A DNA stretch of 64,000 bases. Origin: Paraspadella gotoi. Its lineage: Eukaryota; Animalia; Chaetognatha. Position 1 is the stretch's first letter. Every line of letters begins with the position of its first letter. A program made the translations under genes and the position numbers. Location of the stretch: contig CM119265.1 in the NCBI GenBank assembly GCA_051294375.1, positions 18,064,454-18,128,453 of the forward strand. The letters are read 5' to 3'. Below the pieces are notes generated by a model. It saw only the letters and a list, made by a program, of their open reading frames with translations. It searched no databases and was not told the DNA's origin. Shown here piece after piece: positions 52,634 through 64,000 of the stretch.

Positions 52634-55600
52634 AGAAAGGAAGAGACGAGAGAGAGGAAGAGAGGAGAGAGTAGGAGTAGAAGATTGGAGAGAGAGGACT
52701 TTGGCAATAAAATCGACATACCATTTTCCCCTTCTCTCTCTGAGTTGACGAATTGCGTCTGTCATTTTGTTCTTTCCCGATATCTTGTAGAGGGAAGTCG
52801 GTTTTGGCGCCCGACGAAATAGTTGCCTCGAATCGCGATATTCTAAACTTTTTATTTGATACTCTATGCGAATTATATATAACTCGATTTAAAACTGCAT
52901 CAAATTCGCCATCTAACGAAAACGATCTTTCCCGCCAAACTCGTCTCTTTACCTCAAAGTCAAAAATCTGGCATTTTCGCGGTCTCTTTTTTTCTTTCTT
53001 CTTTTTTCCTTTTTTTCCTTATTTTTTCTTTCCTTCTTTTGGAGACAGAAGGTGGCGCATCATATCTGGAGGAAGTTTACTCCCGTTTGCCAATAACCCC
53101 TCACNNNNNNNNNNNNNNNNNNNNNNNNNNNNNNNNNNNNNNNNNNNNNNNNNNNNNNNNNNNNNNNNNNNNNNNNNNNNNNNNNNNNNNNNNNNNNNNN
53201 NNNNNNNNNNNNNNNNNNNNNNNNNNNNNNNNNNNNNNNNNNNNNNNNNNNNNNNNNNNNNNNNNNNNNNNNNNNNNNNNNNNNNNNNNNNNNNNNNATT
53301 TTTTATTCTTAGCGAAAAACGTTCATTATGTCAATAATAAAATCCAAAATGATGTTTGTTTCCTTCTACTCATCATAACTTTCCGCTATTCACCACGGCA
53401 TCCCTCGCCCTAACTTACCTCAACCCACCCGTTCCCGTTCCTCACCTCCTAGTGATCGGCACCCCTGCCGAGGTCTACCAGTTCGGATTCGCCTTTTGGT
53501 CTTTCATCTTCGGGATCCTCTTCGCCCTCGTCTTCGTCTCTCACGTGGCACTTCCGGTTCTTTACGATTTGCGTCTCACCAGCGCCTACGAATATCTGGA
53601 GAAGAGGTTCCGCTCCAAGTGGCCGAGAAGACTCGGCGCCGGATTGTTTATACTGGAGGTGTTTTATTTTAGATATAATCATTATGTATAGACTTTCGAT
53701 TTCGTTGTTTCAGGATTTAGGAAAAACAGTTTTTGAAATGTGGCAACGGGAATTTTATGGGACATTAAATGTCGATTAAATTCCGGGTTGGGCAACAAGT
53801 TTTCAAAAACCCCTGTCCTTTCTAGATATAATCATGATATATTTTTTTTGTAAGAACTAACGAAGTTTGATTATTTTTTCACCCTTTTTTTTTTTCTTCC
53901 AGACGCTCCTTTACATGGGGGGGGACGGCCATGGTTCCGCGGCCGGTTCAGTAGGAGCGGTGGGGCGCTGGAGGGCCGGTCACTGGTCCGCACTTCACAG
54001 CTGGCCTTACGTTTCCATGTTGATTCTGGGGAAGTCATCTGTAACTGTTTTTACACGTCCCATAGGTACAAAGTTGGACGAGGTACGTTGGCAATCAATA
54101 AACCTGGAAGCAAGGGATTTGAAGAATGAAATTGGTGTTAAAATTTGATTCTGTCAGCAAAATAATAAATAAAAGGCAATATTATGGAGATTTAAACTGA
54201 AACGAATGTCGCTGCAAATGTTGGGTCTTTGGTTTTGTTTTTTTAAGGCTGGGATAAAAGCGGTCAATCGTGGACGGACGTGCTTTCGCCCAAAATGCTC
54301 ATCATGTTCGGTCGGCCTGCTGGCGGTGCTGGCTCAATGAAGGATACTTCAGTGGACGGGGAAGCCCCGGACAAGAAGGATTCTCGGAAGTTGGGAAATC
54401 GGCAGAGGTAATCTAGCGGTGATACATAGATAAACCATGAAGGAGGGAAAAAGAAGGAACTGGAGCGAAGAAAGAAAGACACGGAAGACGAAAAGAAAAG
54501 GGCAAGGAAGAAAGGAAGAGAAAGAAAGGGAAAGAGAAGGAAAGAGAAGAAAGAAGAAAGAAAGAAAGAGAGAGAAAGAAAGAAGAGGGAGGAACAGAGG
54601 AGAGGAAAGAAGAACAAGAAAGAGAAGAAAGGAAAGAAAGAAAAGAAGAAAGAAAGGAAAGAAGAAAGAAAGAAAGAAAGAAAGAAAGAGAAAAAAAAAG
54701 TTAACTTAACCCAACAACCACATCGGGGCCTTGGGAACGCTACCTATACGTGAAGGGGATAGCTCGCCTGACCCATCGGTCTCCCTCCGGGGTCGACGGC
54801 CATACGGACTCCGGACCACCAGCATTCTTTTCCCCTGCGTCTCTTGGGTTTCCTTTCTTCGTCTGGATGGGCCAAGGTACGGGGGCGTCAACCAGAGCAG
54901 CGTGCAGAGGGATTGCTGCCAGCTTACCTTCAAGAATCAAGGGGCCATTTCTCACTATGTATCTCAACGGGGACCGGGGGTAAGGTTTTTTTTTATATTT
55001 TTCGGTTTATGGTTGGGAATGTTAACAGTCTTTTTAATAATGTTTGTCGTCGTTTCGCGACAACAAACAACCACAAGAACCAAAAGGAACAGACGGATAG
55101 AATAAAAAGTTGTAAATTGATAATCATGTTTTTGCTATTCAAAAGCAAACTAATGGAATTTATCGGGTCTTTATTATAAATTTAAAATGAGCGTAATTCA
55201 TTGCATAAATTCAGTCCCGGGGCCGATTTTTGGCCAACTTAGACGGGTATGTCATCGCGCTAGTGGGGGCTGATTATAAGAAGAGTTGATTGATTGTTGC
55301 GCTTGTTAGGTTTTGCGCGGTGCGGATCGCCCTTGCAGGTGGCTGTAGCGAGGCACCTTATGTTTGGCGGCATGTGTGTCTAGTCTTGTGTTCAGGTAAC
55401 GCAAGTCGGGTCGGCCCGCGTGGCTCTTGATATCGGGTTCGCGGAGGATCTGGCGGGCCATGTTTGGTTGGACATTGGCGAGCTGGTGTGGTGGCGGATG
55501 GTCCGATCCTCTACGCGAGCGTTTCACGGCGCTGCGAAACTTCGGGATCTGTGGGCAAACGTCATCTCCTCCGACAACCAGATGATCCTCTACTTCGTCG

Positions 55601-55721
55601 TCAAGTATCTCGTCGACTCTCCGGGGATGGCCGGCCTCTTCACGGCCGCCATCTTCGCCGGCGCGCTCAGCACAATTTCGTCAGGTTAATTTGAATGTTT
55701 TACTGATATATCTTTGTTTGT

Positions 55722-55775
<54 letters not shown>

Positions 55776-58032
55776 AGTTTATTGATTGATTAAGATTTAT
55801 TTATTTAATTGAGGATGTGATACTTGTTGGTTCGAAAAATTGATTGGCTTATTTTTTGATTGATTTATATTTATATTGATTGATATACTGATTGACGACT
55901 TCTCTATCTACCTTTCCATATACCAAACTGCGTAACAGGTCTAAACTCCTTGACGGCCATCGTGTGCGAAGACGTATTGGGCGAGCGACATTTCGCGCGC
56001 CACTCTCAGCGGCGCCAATTCCGCATCATGATCGGACTATCGGCGTTCTTCGGCGCCGCCTCCACCGGAATGGCGTTTGTTGCCAAAAACCTCAAAGGAA
56101 ACATCACCGCGATTATATTTCAGTTCTTTTCGATCACAACGGGTGAGTCATAGTCATAGTGAGTCATAGTGAGTCATAGTCATAGTGAGTCATAGTCATA
56201 GTGAGTCATAGTGTCTACAAAGAGAACCTCGGGTATCGACTTCCAAAAATGCCTTCAGCACCCATATGATCTATGATATATATGATATCTGATATCTATG
56301 ATATATCTATGATATATTCTATGATATATATTGATCTTTCCATGGTCATAGTGTCGATTTTATTACAGTGAAAACACTTTTTTCGGCGCGGGAAAGAATC
56401 TTCATTTCATGAAATTCTGCGCTACCCTTTTAAAGTTACTTTTAAACCGAATTTTCATGTCACCAATGGCCGACCTGCCTACAAAACAGGAAGCCCTTGA
56501 CTTTTTCCGGCTTTTAAAATAATTACGACAGACAAGACCCTCTTTGAATAATGAATATCAGAAAGGGAAGTTCAAAGCAAAAACCAGAACTTCAGAGAAT
56601 TAGAAAATCAGAAAACTTGAAAAGAGATTTAACTTGTTCTTGCCGCCGGAGGCAATCACCTTGATTTTTGCAATAGGATGAGGTAATTCATGACTTGTGA
56701 TTGTTTTGCAACGTGAAGGAAAATTGTATTCGAATTGGTCAATGAGCTAATAAAATTCTTTAAGGTCGGTACCCGTGGATCTCCTTGACACGTACCTCCT
56801 AATTATTAAGTATTTTCAAGATTATTCAAGTTACTTTAGTTCATTTACAATATGGTGTTCATTACAAAAGGTCCCACCGGCGGGATTTTCCTGTGCGGAC
56901 TTTTGTTTCCTTGCATCGAATGGATCGGCGTCACGGCGGGAGGCATCACCGGCTTTTCTTTAGCCGTAAAACATAAACATTGAGAGAGATTCGCTTTGGA
57001 CGAAATCAAATTGCCGCGCCCTCTTTCATTCAGCGTGGATGTTTCTCGGACAAAGCATCAACTCGTCCGAGTTGGGCGTCGCCTCTGCTTAATATTTCCA
57101 TTTCCGGTTGCGATGATCCAACATCACAATTGCGACGACGACGAATCCGGTGACGATGGTTCCGAATACGGAGACGGGAAAATCCCGGTGAGTAAGCGTG
57201 ATTGCTTGCTTGCTTGCTTGCTTTTCTTTCTTTCTTTCTTAAAACATATCTCGTTGAAGAAAAATAAAAACGAAAATGCTAAATCTGAAAAATAATTTAA
57301 AAGAAATTTTAAAAAAATATTTTAATCAACATCTTTCCCTCCACGCCTCAAGCCCCCTCCGCGACTCCCTCTACTCCGTCTCTTATCTCTACTGGTCACT
57401 GATCGGAAATCTGTCGACAATCTTCGTCGCCTTCGTCGTCAGCAACTCGTTCGATGCACACGGAGAAAAAGCGCGCGAGCGAGAAGGCCGAGAACAAAGG
57501 AGACGTCAACGGGGCTTCAACGAACGACGCGGCTTACGCGAACGAAGCTTTCGTGAAAGCGAACGAGCACTCGCGCGTGGAAACGCGGGATCGAGGCTCT
57601 CGGAAATTCCGGTCACAGGAAGCGAACGCTCTACGTTGGAACGGACAAGACGCTATTGTGGAGATGCGAACGGGGATCTCGCGAACAAAGACGTCAGCAA
57701 CGAAAGTTTTTGGTCGACTTACTTCGGGGCGGGTTCGAGTTCGGCGAAAAAGATCGATCCCTTACTCATCAGGTTAGATTCAAATTTCTTTGTTTAAACC
57801 TTTTTATTATTTAAGAAATAATCTTGTATTTCGAGACTGAGGAAAATATTTGGTAGTATATTCCGGCATTAAGCCAAATTGGTGACCTAATTAAATTAAT
57901 AAGTGAGTTAAAATTATCATAAATTAGTATTTCTTTTCTTGCAGTCCTATCGTAAGAAGGCTTTATTACCCGACCAACTACTCTGAGGCGCCTAACGAGG
58001 AAGTCGAAATTGTTGAGACGACAAAATATTGA
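51624..58032 (+). CDS. SLC5 sodium:solute symporter (SMCT/NIS/SMVT clade, SLC5A8/A6-like), multi-exon; central exons garbled
   Basis: Exon 1 has DWTLFALLLFASSLIGVFY. Then DEYLVGGRRMRVFPVWMSMMASFLSAIL|VIGTPAEVYQFG...LTSAYEYLEKRF, a frameshifted GIKAV-WTDV, YGGVNQSSVQR, PGMAGLFTAAIFAGALSTISSG|LNSLTAIVCED, GPTGGIFLCGLLFP, LYSVSYLYWSLIG, and finally DPLLISP...ETTKY*. Confidence 0.9.
56144..56335. repeat. Intronic simple repeats (GAGTCATAGT/CATAGT)n and (CTATGATATA)n
   Basis: Seen directly after the 56143 donor. Confidence 0.85.
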
Positions 58033-58485
58033 TTTTGTTTCTCATTAAATTGAAACGAATTATATTTTTTTCTCGCTTAAATTCACTTGTGTCTTTCCCT
58101 GAATATGTCGCTAAATTGTACATAAAATTACAAGTGTAGTATAAAAAGTATATATGTCATTTAAACAGAGTTTCCATAGGAAACAAGAACAAATTTAAAA
58201 AGAGATTCCCAATATAGTTTTGATTGTCACACAAACGCCCTGTATAGCCAATACAGCAGTTTATCACCAACGACTAACTGCAAAATATATTTGAATATTC
58301 TTCTCTCTCCGAAGATAGACGATTGTGAGTAGTTTCATAGAAGTTTCAAGCTATCTGTCGTAAAATGTTGCAATTTCATTCCATGGATCCGAACCTATGA
58401 ACTTTCCAATCACCGTCACATTTTCTTTTTCCAACGTCGCCTTTTGGACTCATTGCTGATTGCGAGTCTATTCCACTCTCACTCC

Positions 58486-61400
58486 TCATTCCGTCAGATC
58501 CTCTTCCAACTGCAAGAACCGCTTCATTCTGCTGGGCAACGGGAGACCCTCGACGACTGATTGGATTCGGTTCCGCGGCAAAATCGCGTCTCTGAATCCC
58601 GCTCTCGAGATTTCCGCCAGAGACCTGGGAGTTCGTTCGATCGCCAGCACGGATTCTGGGGAGGAAGAAGTTCACAAAAGGGAGAGGCTACGGATGACCC
58701 TTCTCTCGTTTTCGCCGTGACTTACCGGTGAAACTGGCTATGATGTCCGCCACGCCCCCGTTCCCTTTCGCCTGCGTCCAGGCAGCGAACCTCGAAAACT
58801 CTTCGTCTCGGTGCCATCTGACGATTTGAGGTCGAATATTATGATCATAATTTTAATAACGATTATAATTTTAATAACGATATATTATATATATAAATTA
58901 CCTAACGACCGAGAGTCCCGAATAGAGAAAACGCACAGCCTCCGCGGCCTGTCTTGTCAAATCCTCCAACTCTGCCAGCAATCGGGGATCATCTAACGTT
59001 CGGCCATCCAACGCGTCGGTGAAACAGTTCCAAGTCACCGTAAAAATCGAAACCGCGACTCTGATGCTAAAAAGTCGATGCGCTCTTGCTTTCAAATACT
59101 CGTTCGAGATTTGGTCACGAGATGTCGGGACGGGGTTAGAGAGGATGTCGCAGCATGGTAAAGTAGCTCCGTGGTTCAACAAAAGACGTGCAAGGTTCAA
59201 ACCCTAAATGATAGAAAATTTTCCATATTAAAATTGTTTTTAAACTTATTTTGAATGAGGTATTCAGTATCTCAAGTCAAATCGAAAAATATTATTTTTA
59301 AATAAATGATAAATGAAGAATAGTGTTCATCCTTGTTTATAGGATGAAATTATTTCGAAATTTACCGACATTTGTTTCCTATATTCCTCACCTTCGGAAA
59401 ATGCGCAGCGGCGACGGCGACGAGCGGCAGCTGCGTCCTCAGCGACGTCTCGTTCGGGTCGGCGCCTCTCGACAAAGCGGATCGAGCGATGGCGTACGCG
59501 TCGTCGAAGGAAGGGGGCGCTGAAAAGAAGAGAATAAAAGTGGGGAGATTTAAATGACAGGAATTCATTGACTTGAGAAATGACGAGAACGAAAAGTCGA
59601 CACTGACGACACCCACCGCATCCCGTTTCCTCTTGCGTCAAAACTTCGCTCATCTTCGCGAGGAGGCCATCAACCGGAGAACCGATTTCCATCAAAGCCT
59701 CGATTGCTCTTCTGTTCGTCGCAAAATCCTCTGCGGTTCGGATTGACGCCGGTAGAGGCGTTTCTTCAGCGGCGGTGCGGGCGCTCGAGTCGGCGCCAGC
59801 CTCGACTAAAAATCTGAAGATTTCGAAACGGGTCGAAAATTGATTTTAATTTAAAAAAATATAAATAAAAACAAAAGATTAGATAATTATATTAGAAAAG
59901 AAAATTATTATTATATGAAATTGGTACAGCCATATATTACTTTCTGTTCAGTCCAAGAATCCTAATAGTCATACTAATGATTACAATTGGGAAGGATATT
60001 TTTCTCAATCGTAATCTTATCATTATTTGGATACGGAAAAAAGAAAAGCTTTTAATTCCTTAGACTTAGACGAAAAAGTAAAAAGAAACTTGATTAAAAA
60101 CAAGTTTGAGCAAATAATGACGGATATGCCCACGATCATTTTAAAAACAGTAAGTATTAGCTAGTATTAGATGATAAGTAATTATCAATCGTATAATCGT
60201 TTTTTGTTTAATATATTATTTTATAAATATTTATAATAATAAATTGTTTTTTAACCTGAATTGCCTACATCTCAAAAGAAAAAAAGAAAAATATAATAGT
60301 GCCACATAATTTTTGTTTTTTTCCCGGACAATTCCATCGATACGTGATTTACAGCTTTATCAGACACTTCTTTACCAAGACACCAACATTTTTTCATTCG
60401 ATATTTTAAGATGATCTCAGTGATTTACCGACAAGATTTTGGGGTAGGACTGACGGACCGACAAAGTGTATAATAGAAGCGGAATCTGCTCTTCGCAGAT
60501 CCGGCTAAAAAAAGGAAATCAATGAGTTGATAAAGACAACTGTCGGGTTAATTACGTTTATCGCATAAAATCTTTCCGCGCGAAGGAGTAATTCCGCTTT
60601 CATCGTCTATTGCACTAATGCCGCTGAATAACGCCACTAATGCGAATTACATCGCAGCTCCTTCATGGGAAGCAAGAACGAGGAGAAAAAAAAATCCTAA
60701 ATGAAAAATAAAGATAACCTGATAATTTTTCCATCGACGCCCTTTTGTCCGGCGAGGTGAAGCGAAGTTTCGCGGAGCGGGCGAGAGACGGCGTTGACGT
60801 CGGCGCCGAGATTCACCAACAGTTTTACCGCTTCAAACTTTAAGGATTGAAATAAAAAAAAGGAAACAGAAAGTCAGTTAAAAAGGGACTGTCAGTAAGA
60901 TAGAAAGTCAATGAGTCACCCGATTGGCGGCGACCGCGGCGTGAAGCGGAGTCGTCGTCGTCTCCGCGTCGTCTTCAACGCTCCAGTCGAAATCTCCGTC
61001 GAGAGACCCTTCGTACAATCTGCATCATTGAGAAACGTTGAAGCATTATAGTATAGGCTTATGGTGGAATTTAAGCAGTGGAAGATTTTAAAAGTTATTA
61101 AAAAATTGAAAGATTGCTACGGTTTTTTTTTTGCCACGGTCACGATCGAAGATATCTCGCTCGCATATTTGTCACCTTTTAAAACAATTTCGCTGCGAAA
61201 TAACATGTTTACAATATATTTAATCAGTCTTGTTTTTCTTTTATCGCAATAAGGTATTTCATTAGTAAGTTCTCATATAATTGCAATGATCGGTGCTTTT
61301 TCAACCGTCGTAGTCAATATAAGGTTTGGTGCTGTTGTTTTTTGTGATTACTCGCTTCCCTCTTCCGCCTCCTTCACATCCATATTCTCTTCCAACTCTT

Positions 61401-61795
61401 CAAATGAAATCCGACTGGAGAATAAATCCCGTGACAGTGTGACACCCTTTCATTCATTTTCATTCACTCGTATTCGTTTGACATTTTTATGCATTTTTGT
61501 GATTAATTTCCTTTTTCCTTTTTACTTTCATAATTTTCATTAATTAAAAAGTTGAAAAGATAAGAGCAGCATTAACTCGACTGCGTATTTGATGAATTTT
61601 TTTTCCATTTTCTAACAACGACCACTTCCCTACTTTTCTCTTGTTTTTTTTTCTCCGCCTTTTTTTTTCTCACTTTCACCCAGAAATTATCGGTAAACGA
61701 GAAAGAAAAAAAATGTTTTCCTTCTTTTCATCCGACCTAGCCAATTTTCCTCACCTGACGAATTCTCAGTCACTTACCTTTGACACGGTTTGGAA
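58486..61795 (-). CDS. Ankyrin repeat and SOCS box (ASB-like) protein; exons 61795-61778, 61414-61352, 61019-60920, 60837-60719, 59813-59617, 59519-59392, 59203-58902, 58817-58726, 58655-58486; 5' end unresolved
   Basis: Ankyrin motifs TPLHAAVAANRFEAVKLLVNLGADVN, TSLHLAG..IIRFLVEAGAD, RGADPN and LARLLLNHGA. C-terminal SOCS box PRSLAEISRAGFRDAI...VEGLPLPSRMKRFLQL. Splice phases are consistent. Confidence 0.88.
60330..60512 (+). mobile_element. Diverged HINE-like element copy in an ASB intron
   Basis: accgacaagatt..acggaccgacaaagtg..gcggaatctgc-tcttc-gcagatccggctaaaaa aligns by eye with 9015-9100. The ttccatcga..cagctt..acact segment aligns with ~8824-8860. Confidence 0.6.
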
Positions 61796-64000
61796 CTGAG
61801 AGAGAATGGTAAACGCGGAGACGGGGGAAGGGGGAAAGGGTAAAAACAAGGACTGTGGGACTCAGATCAGAAGGATGAGGTCGAAAAGGATATTCTTAAA
61901 GCGAAAGAATAAGAAGAAAAGAAAAAAAGTTGGATTAAAAGATGTGTGAATGTTCAGAGTGATGAATGGAACACCAAGGGTCGTATGAAATGAAAACAAA
62001 ATCTATGGCGAAAATACTCCAGTAATTGGCCGGTTATTAACGTGAGGTCAGACCCGAAGTGGCTAGTATTTTCTATATTTGTTCCCCCCCTCTCTCGAAA
62101 TAAGGCTCAGGACCGGAAAATGTCACGTAAGAAAAATTCTGCGAAAACATCGGGAAATCGTCGATTGTGAATCGTGAGTCAAATCTACACTTTTTTTTAT
62201 TTTGGTCTCGATCGAGAATCGCTGACGTTCATCTCGTTTCCCATTCAATCCAATTTTTCATCTATTTTCTTCCATTTATCGAGAAACGCGTCTCTCCCTT
62301 TCATACGAATTCCATCTCCTTGCGAACAACGTTTCTCCGAAAATCGTTTCCGACCAAATCTTTCTTCCTCCAATATAGTCGGTTTCCATAACCGACCTTG
62401 ACGAAGCTCAGTCGCCCGATAAACTATTCGCTTGACCGAAAAAAAAAACAACAGGAGAGAGATCTCCGCGTCGTCTTCACGCTCACCAGTCGAAATCTCC
62501 GTCGAGCGAGACCTTCGTACATCTTGCTCATTGAGACACGTCTGCAGATTCTAGTAAATAGCTTATGGTGGAATTTAAGCAAGTGGACAGCATTTCTAAG
62601 CTTATTAACAATTTGAAACGACTCCTGTACGGTTTTTTTCTTTGCACCGGCACCGATCGCAAGCGTTCCTCGCTGATATCCTCGTTTCTCTCACACACCA
62701 CATTCGTGCGCAATAAGTCTTACCCACTTACTTCCTATCACGCTCCTTGTTTCTTTCTCTTCTCCTGCCCATTCCCGCCACGCGCTCATTTCATTCACTC
62801 AAGTCTCTCTCACTCACTACATCTCGCACCACTGCATCGCGGCTGCTCTCTCTTCAGTCGCTTACGTCATCTACTCACCCAGCCGCTCTCCGCGTGTGTC
62901 GTTCTTTTCGCGCGTGATATCCGCTTCTTCGCTCTCTTCAACTCCATATTCCTCTTTTCCCACTCTCAACACTCGCAACTCGACCCCTCGGACCACACCA
63001 TACCAACTTCCGTGACCAGTGCTGAACCTTCTCACTCATCTTATTACTCGCTCATTCCCGTCGTCTGACCCATTTTTATGCATTTTTGTGATTAATTTCT
63101 TTTTCCTTTTTACTTTCATAATTTTCATTAATTAAAAAGTTGAAAAGATAAGAGCAGCATTAACTCGACTGCGATTTTGATGAATTTTTTTTCCATTTCC
63201 TAACAACGACCACTTCCCTACTTTTCTCTTGTTTTTTTTTCTCCGCCTTTTTTTTTCTCACTTTCACCCAGAAATTATCGGTAAAGAGAAAGAAAAAAAA
63301 TGTTTTCCTTCTTTTCATCCGACCTAGCCAATTTTCCTCACCTGACGAATTCTCAGTCACTTACCTTTGACACGGTTTGGAACTGAGAGAGAATGGTAAA
63401 CGCGGAGACGGGGAAGGGGGAAAGGGTAAAAACAAGGACTGTGGGACTCAGATCAGAAGGATGAGGTCGAAAAGGATATTCTTAAAGCGAAAGAATAAGA
63501 AGAAAAGAAAAAAAGTTGGATTAAAAGATGTGTGAATGTTCAGAGTGATGAATGGAACACCAAGGGTCGTATGAAATGAAAACAAAATCTATGGCGAAAA
63601 TACTCCAGTAATTGGCCGGTTATTAACGTGAGGTCAGACCCGAAGTGGCTAGTATTTTCTATATTTGTTCCCCCCCTCTTCGAAATAAGGCTCAGGACCG
63701 GAAAATGTCACGTAGAAAAATTCTGTGAAAACATCGGGAAATCGTCGATTGTGAATCGTGAGTCAAATCTACACTTTTTTTTATTTTGGTCTCGATCGAG
63801 AATCGCTGACGTTCATCTCGTTTCCCATTCAATCCAATTTTTCATCTATTTTCTTCCATTTATCGAGAAACGCGTCTTCCCTTTCATACGAATTCCATCT
63901 CCTTGCGAAACAACGTTTCTCCGAAAATCGTTTCCGACCAAATCTTTCTTCCTCCAATATAGTCGGTTTCCATAACCGACCTTGACGAAGCTCAGTCCGA
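60960..64000. repeat. ~1.5-kb tandem duplication of the ASB 5' region (probable assembly artefact)
   Basis: ~61482-62415 is near-identical to ~63071-64000. 62460-63070 is a heavily garbled copy of ~60960-61480. Confidence 0.85.

Noticed and set aside
58376-58675. 99-aa minus-strand ORF as the ASB C-terminus
   Set aside because: The SOCS box is in a different frame that ends at the stop at 58486.
62416-63070. Diverged ASB paralogue or pseudogene
   Set aside because: The garbled segment grades into a near-identical copy, which is typical of a low-quality read end rather than evolutionary divergence.

Overview
Eukaryotic (invertebrate animal-like) genomic DNA from a low-accuracy long-read assembly, with N gaps, fold-back duplications, garbled stretches and very dense (AG)n/(AAAG)n/(GATA)n microsatellites. 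Most ORF-track entries are repeat noise. The real genes are spliced and had to be assembled by hand from GT-AG sites and reading frame. The right part (39.5-62 kb) is gene-dense and holds six genes: a secreted EF-hand protein; an 8-exon Amidohydro_2 lactonase-like gene; a complete antisense, possibly myristoylated EF-hand gene nested in intron 6 of that lactonase gene; a secreted prepro-/Gly-rich/double-WAP protein; an SLC5 sodium:solute symporter; and an ankyrin-repeat SOCS-box gene. The left part (1-33 kb) looks like one large minus-strand locus with several separate ATG-bearing N-terminal exon modules that all end in phase-1 donors. Two of these modules encode the identical nonapeptide RAPPQTRPR with all nine codons synonymously different, which is the strongest unexplained signal in the window. 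No rRNA, tRNA or CRISPR was recognised.
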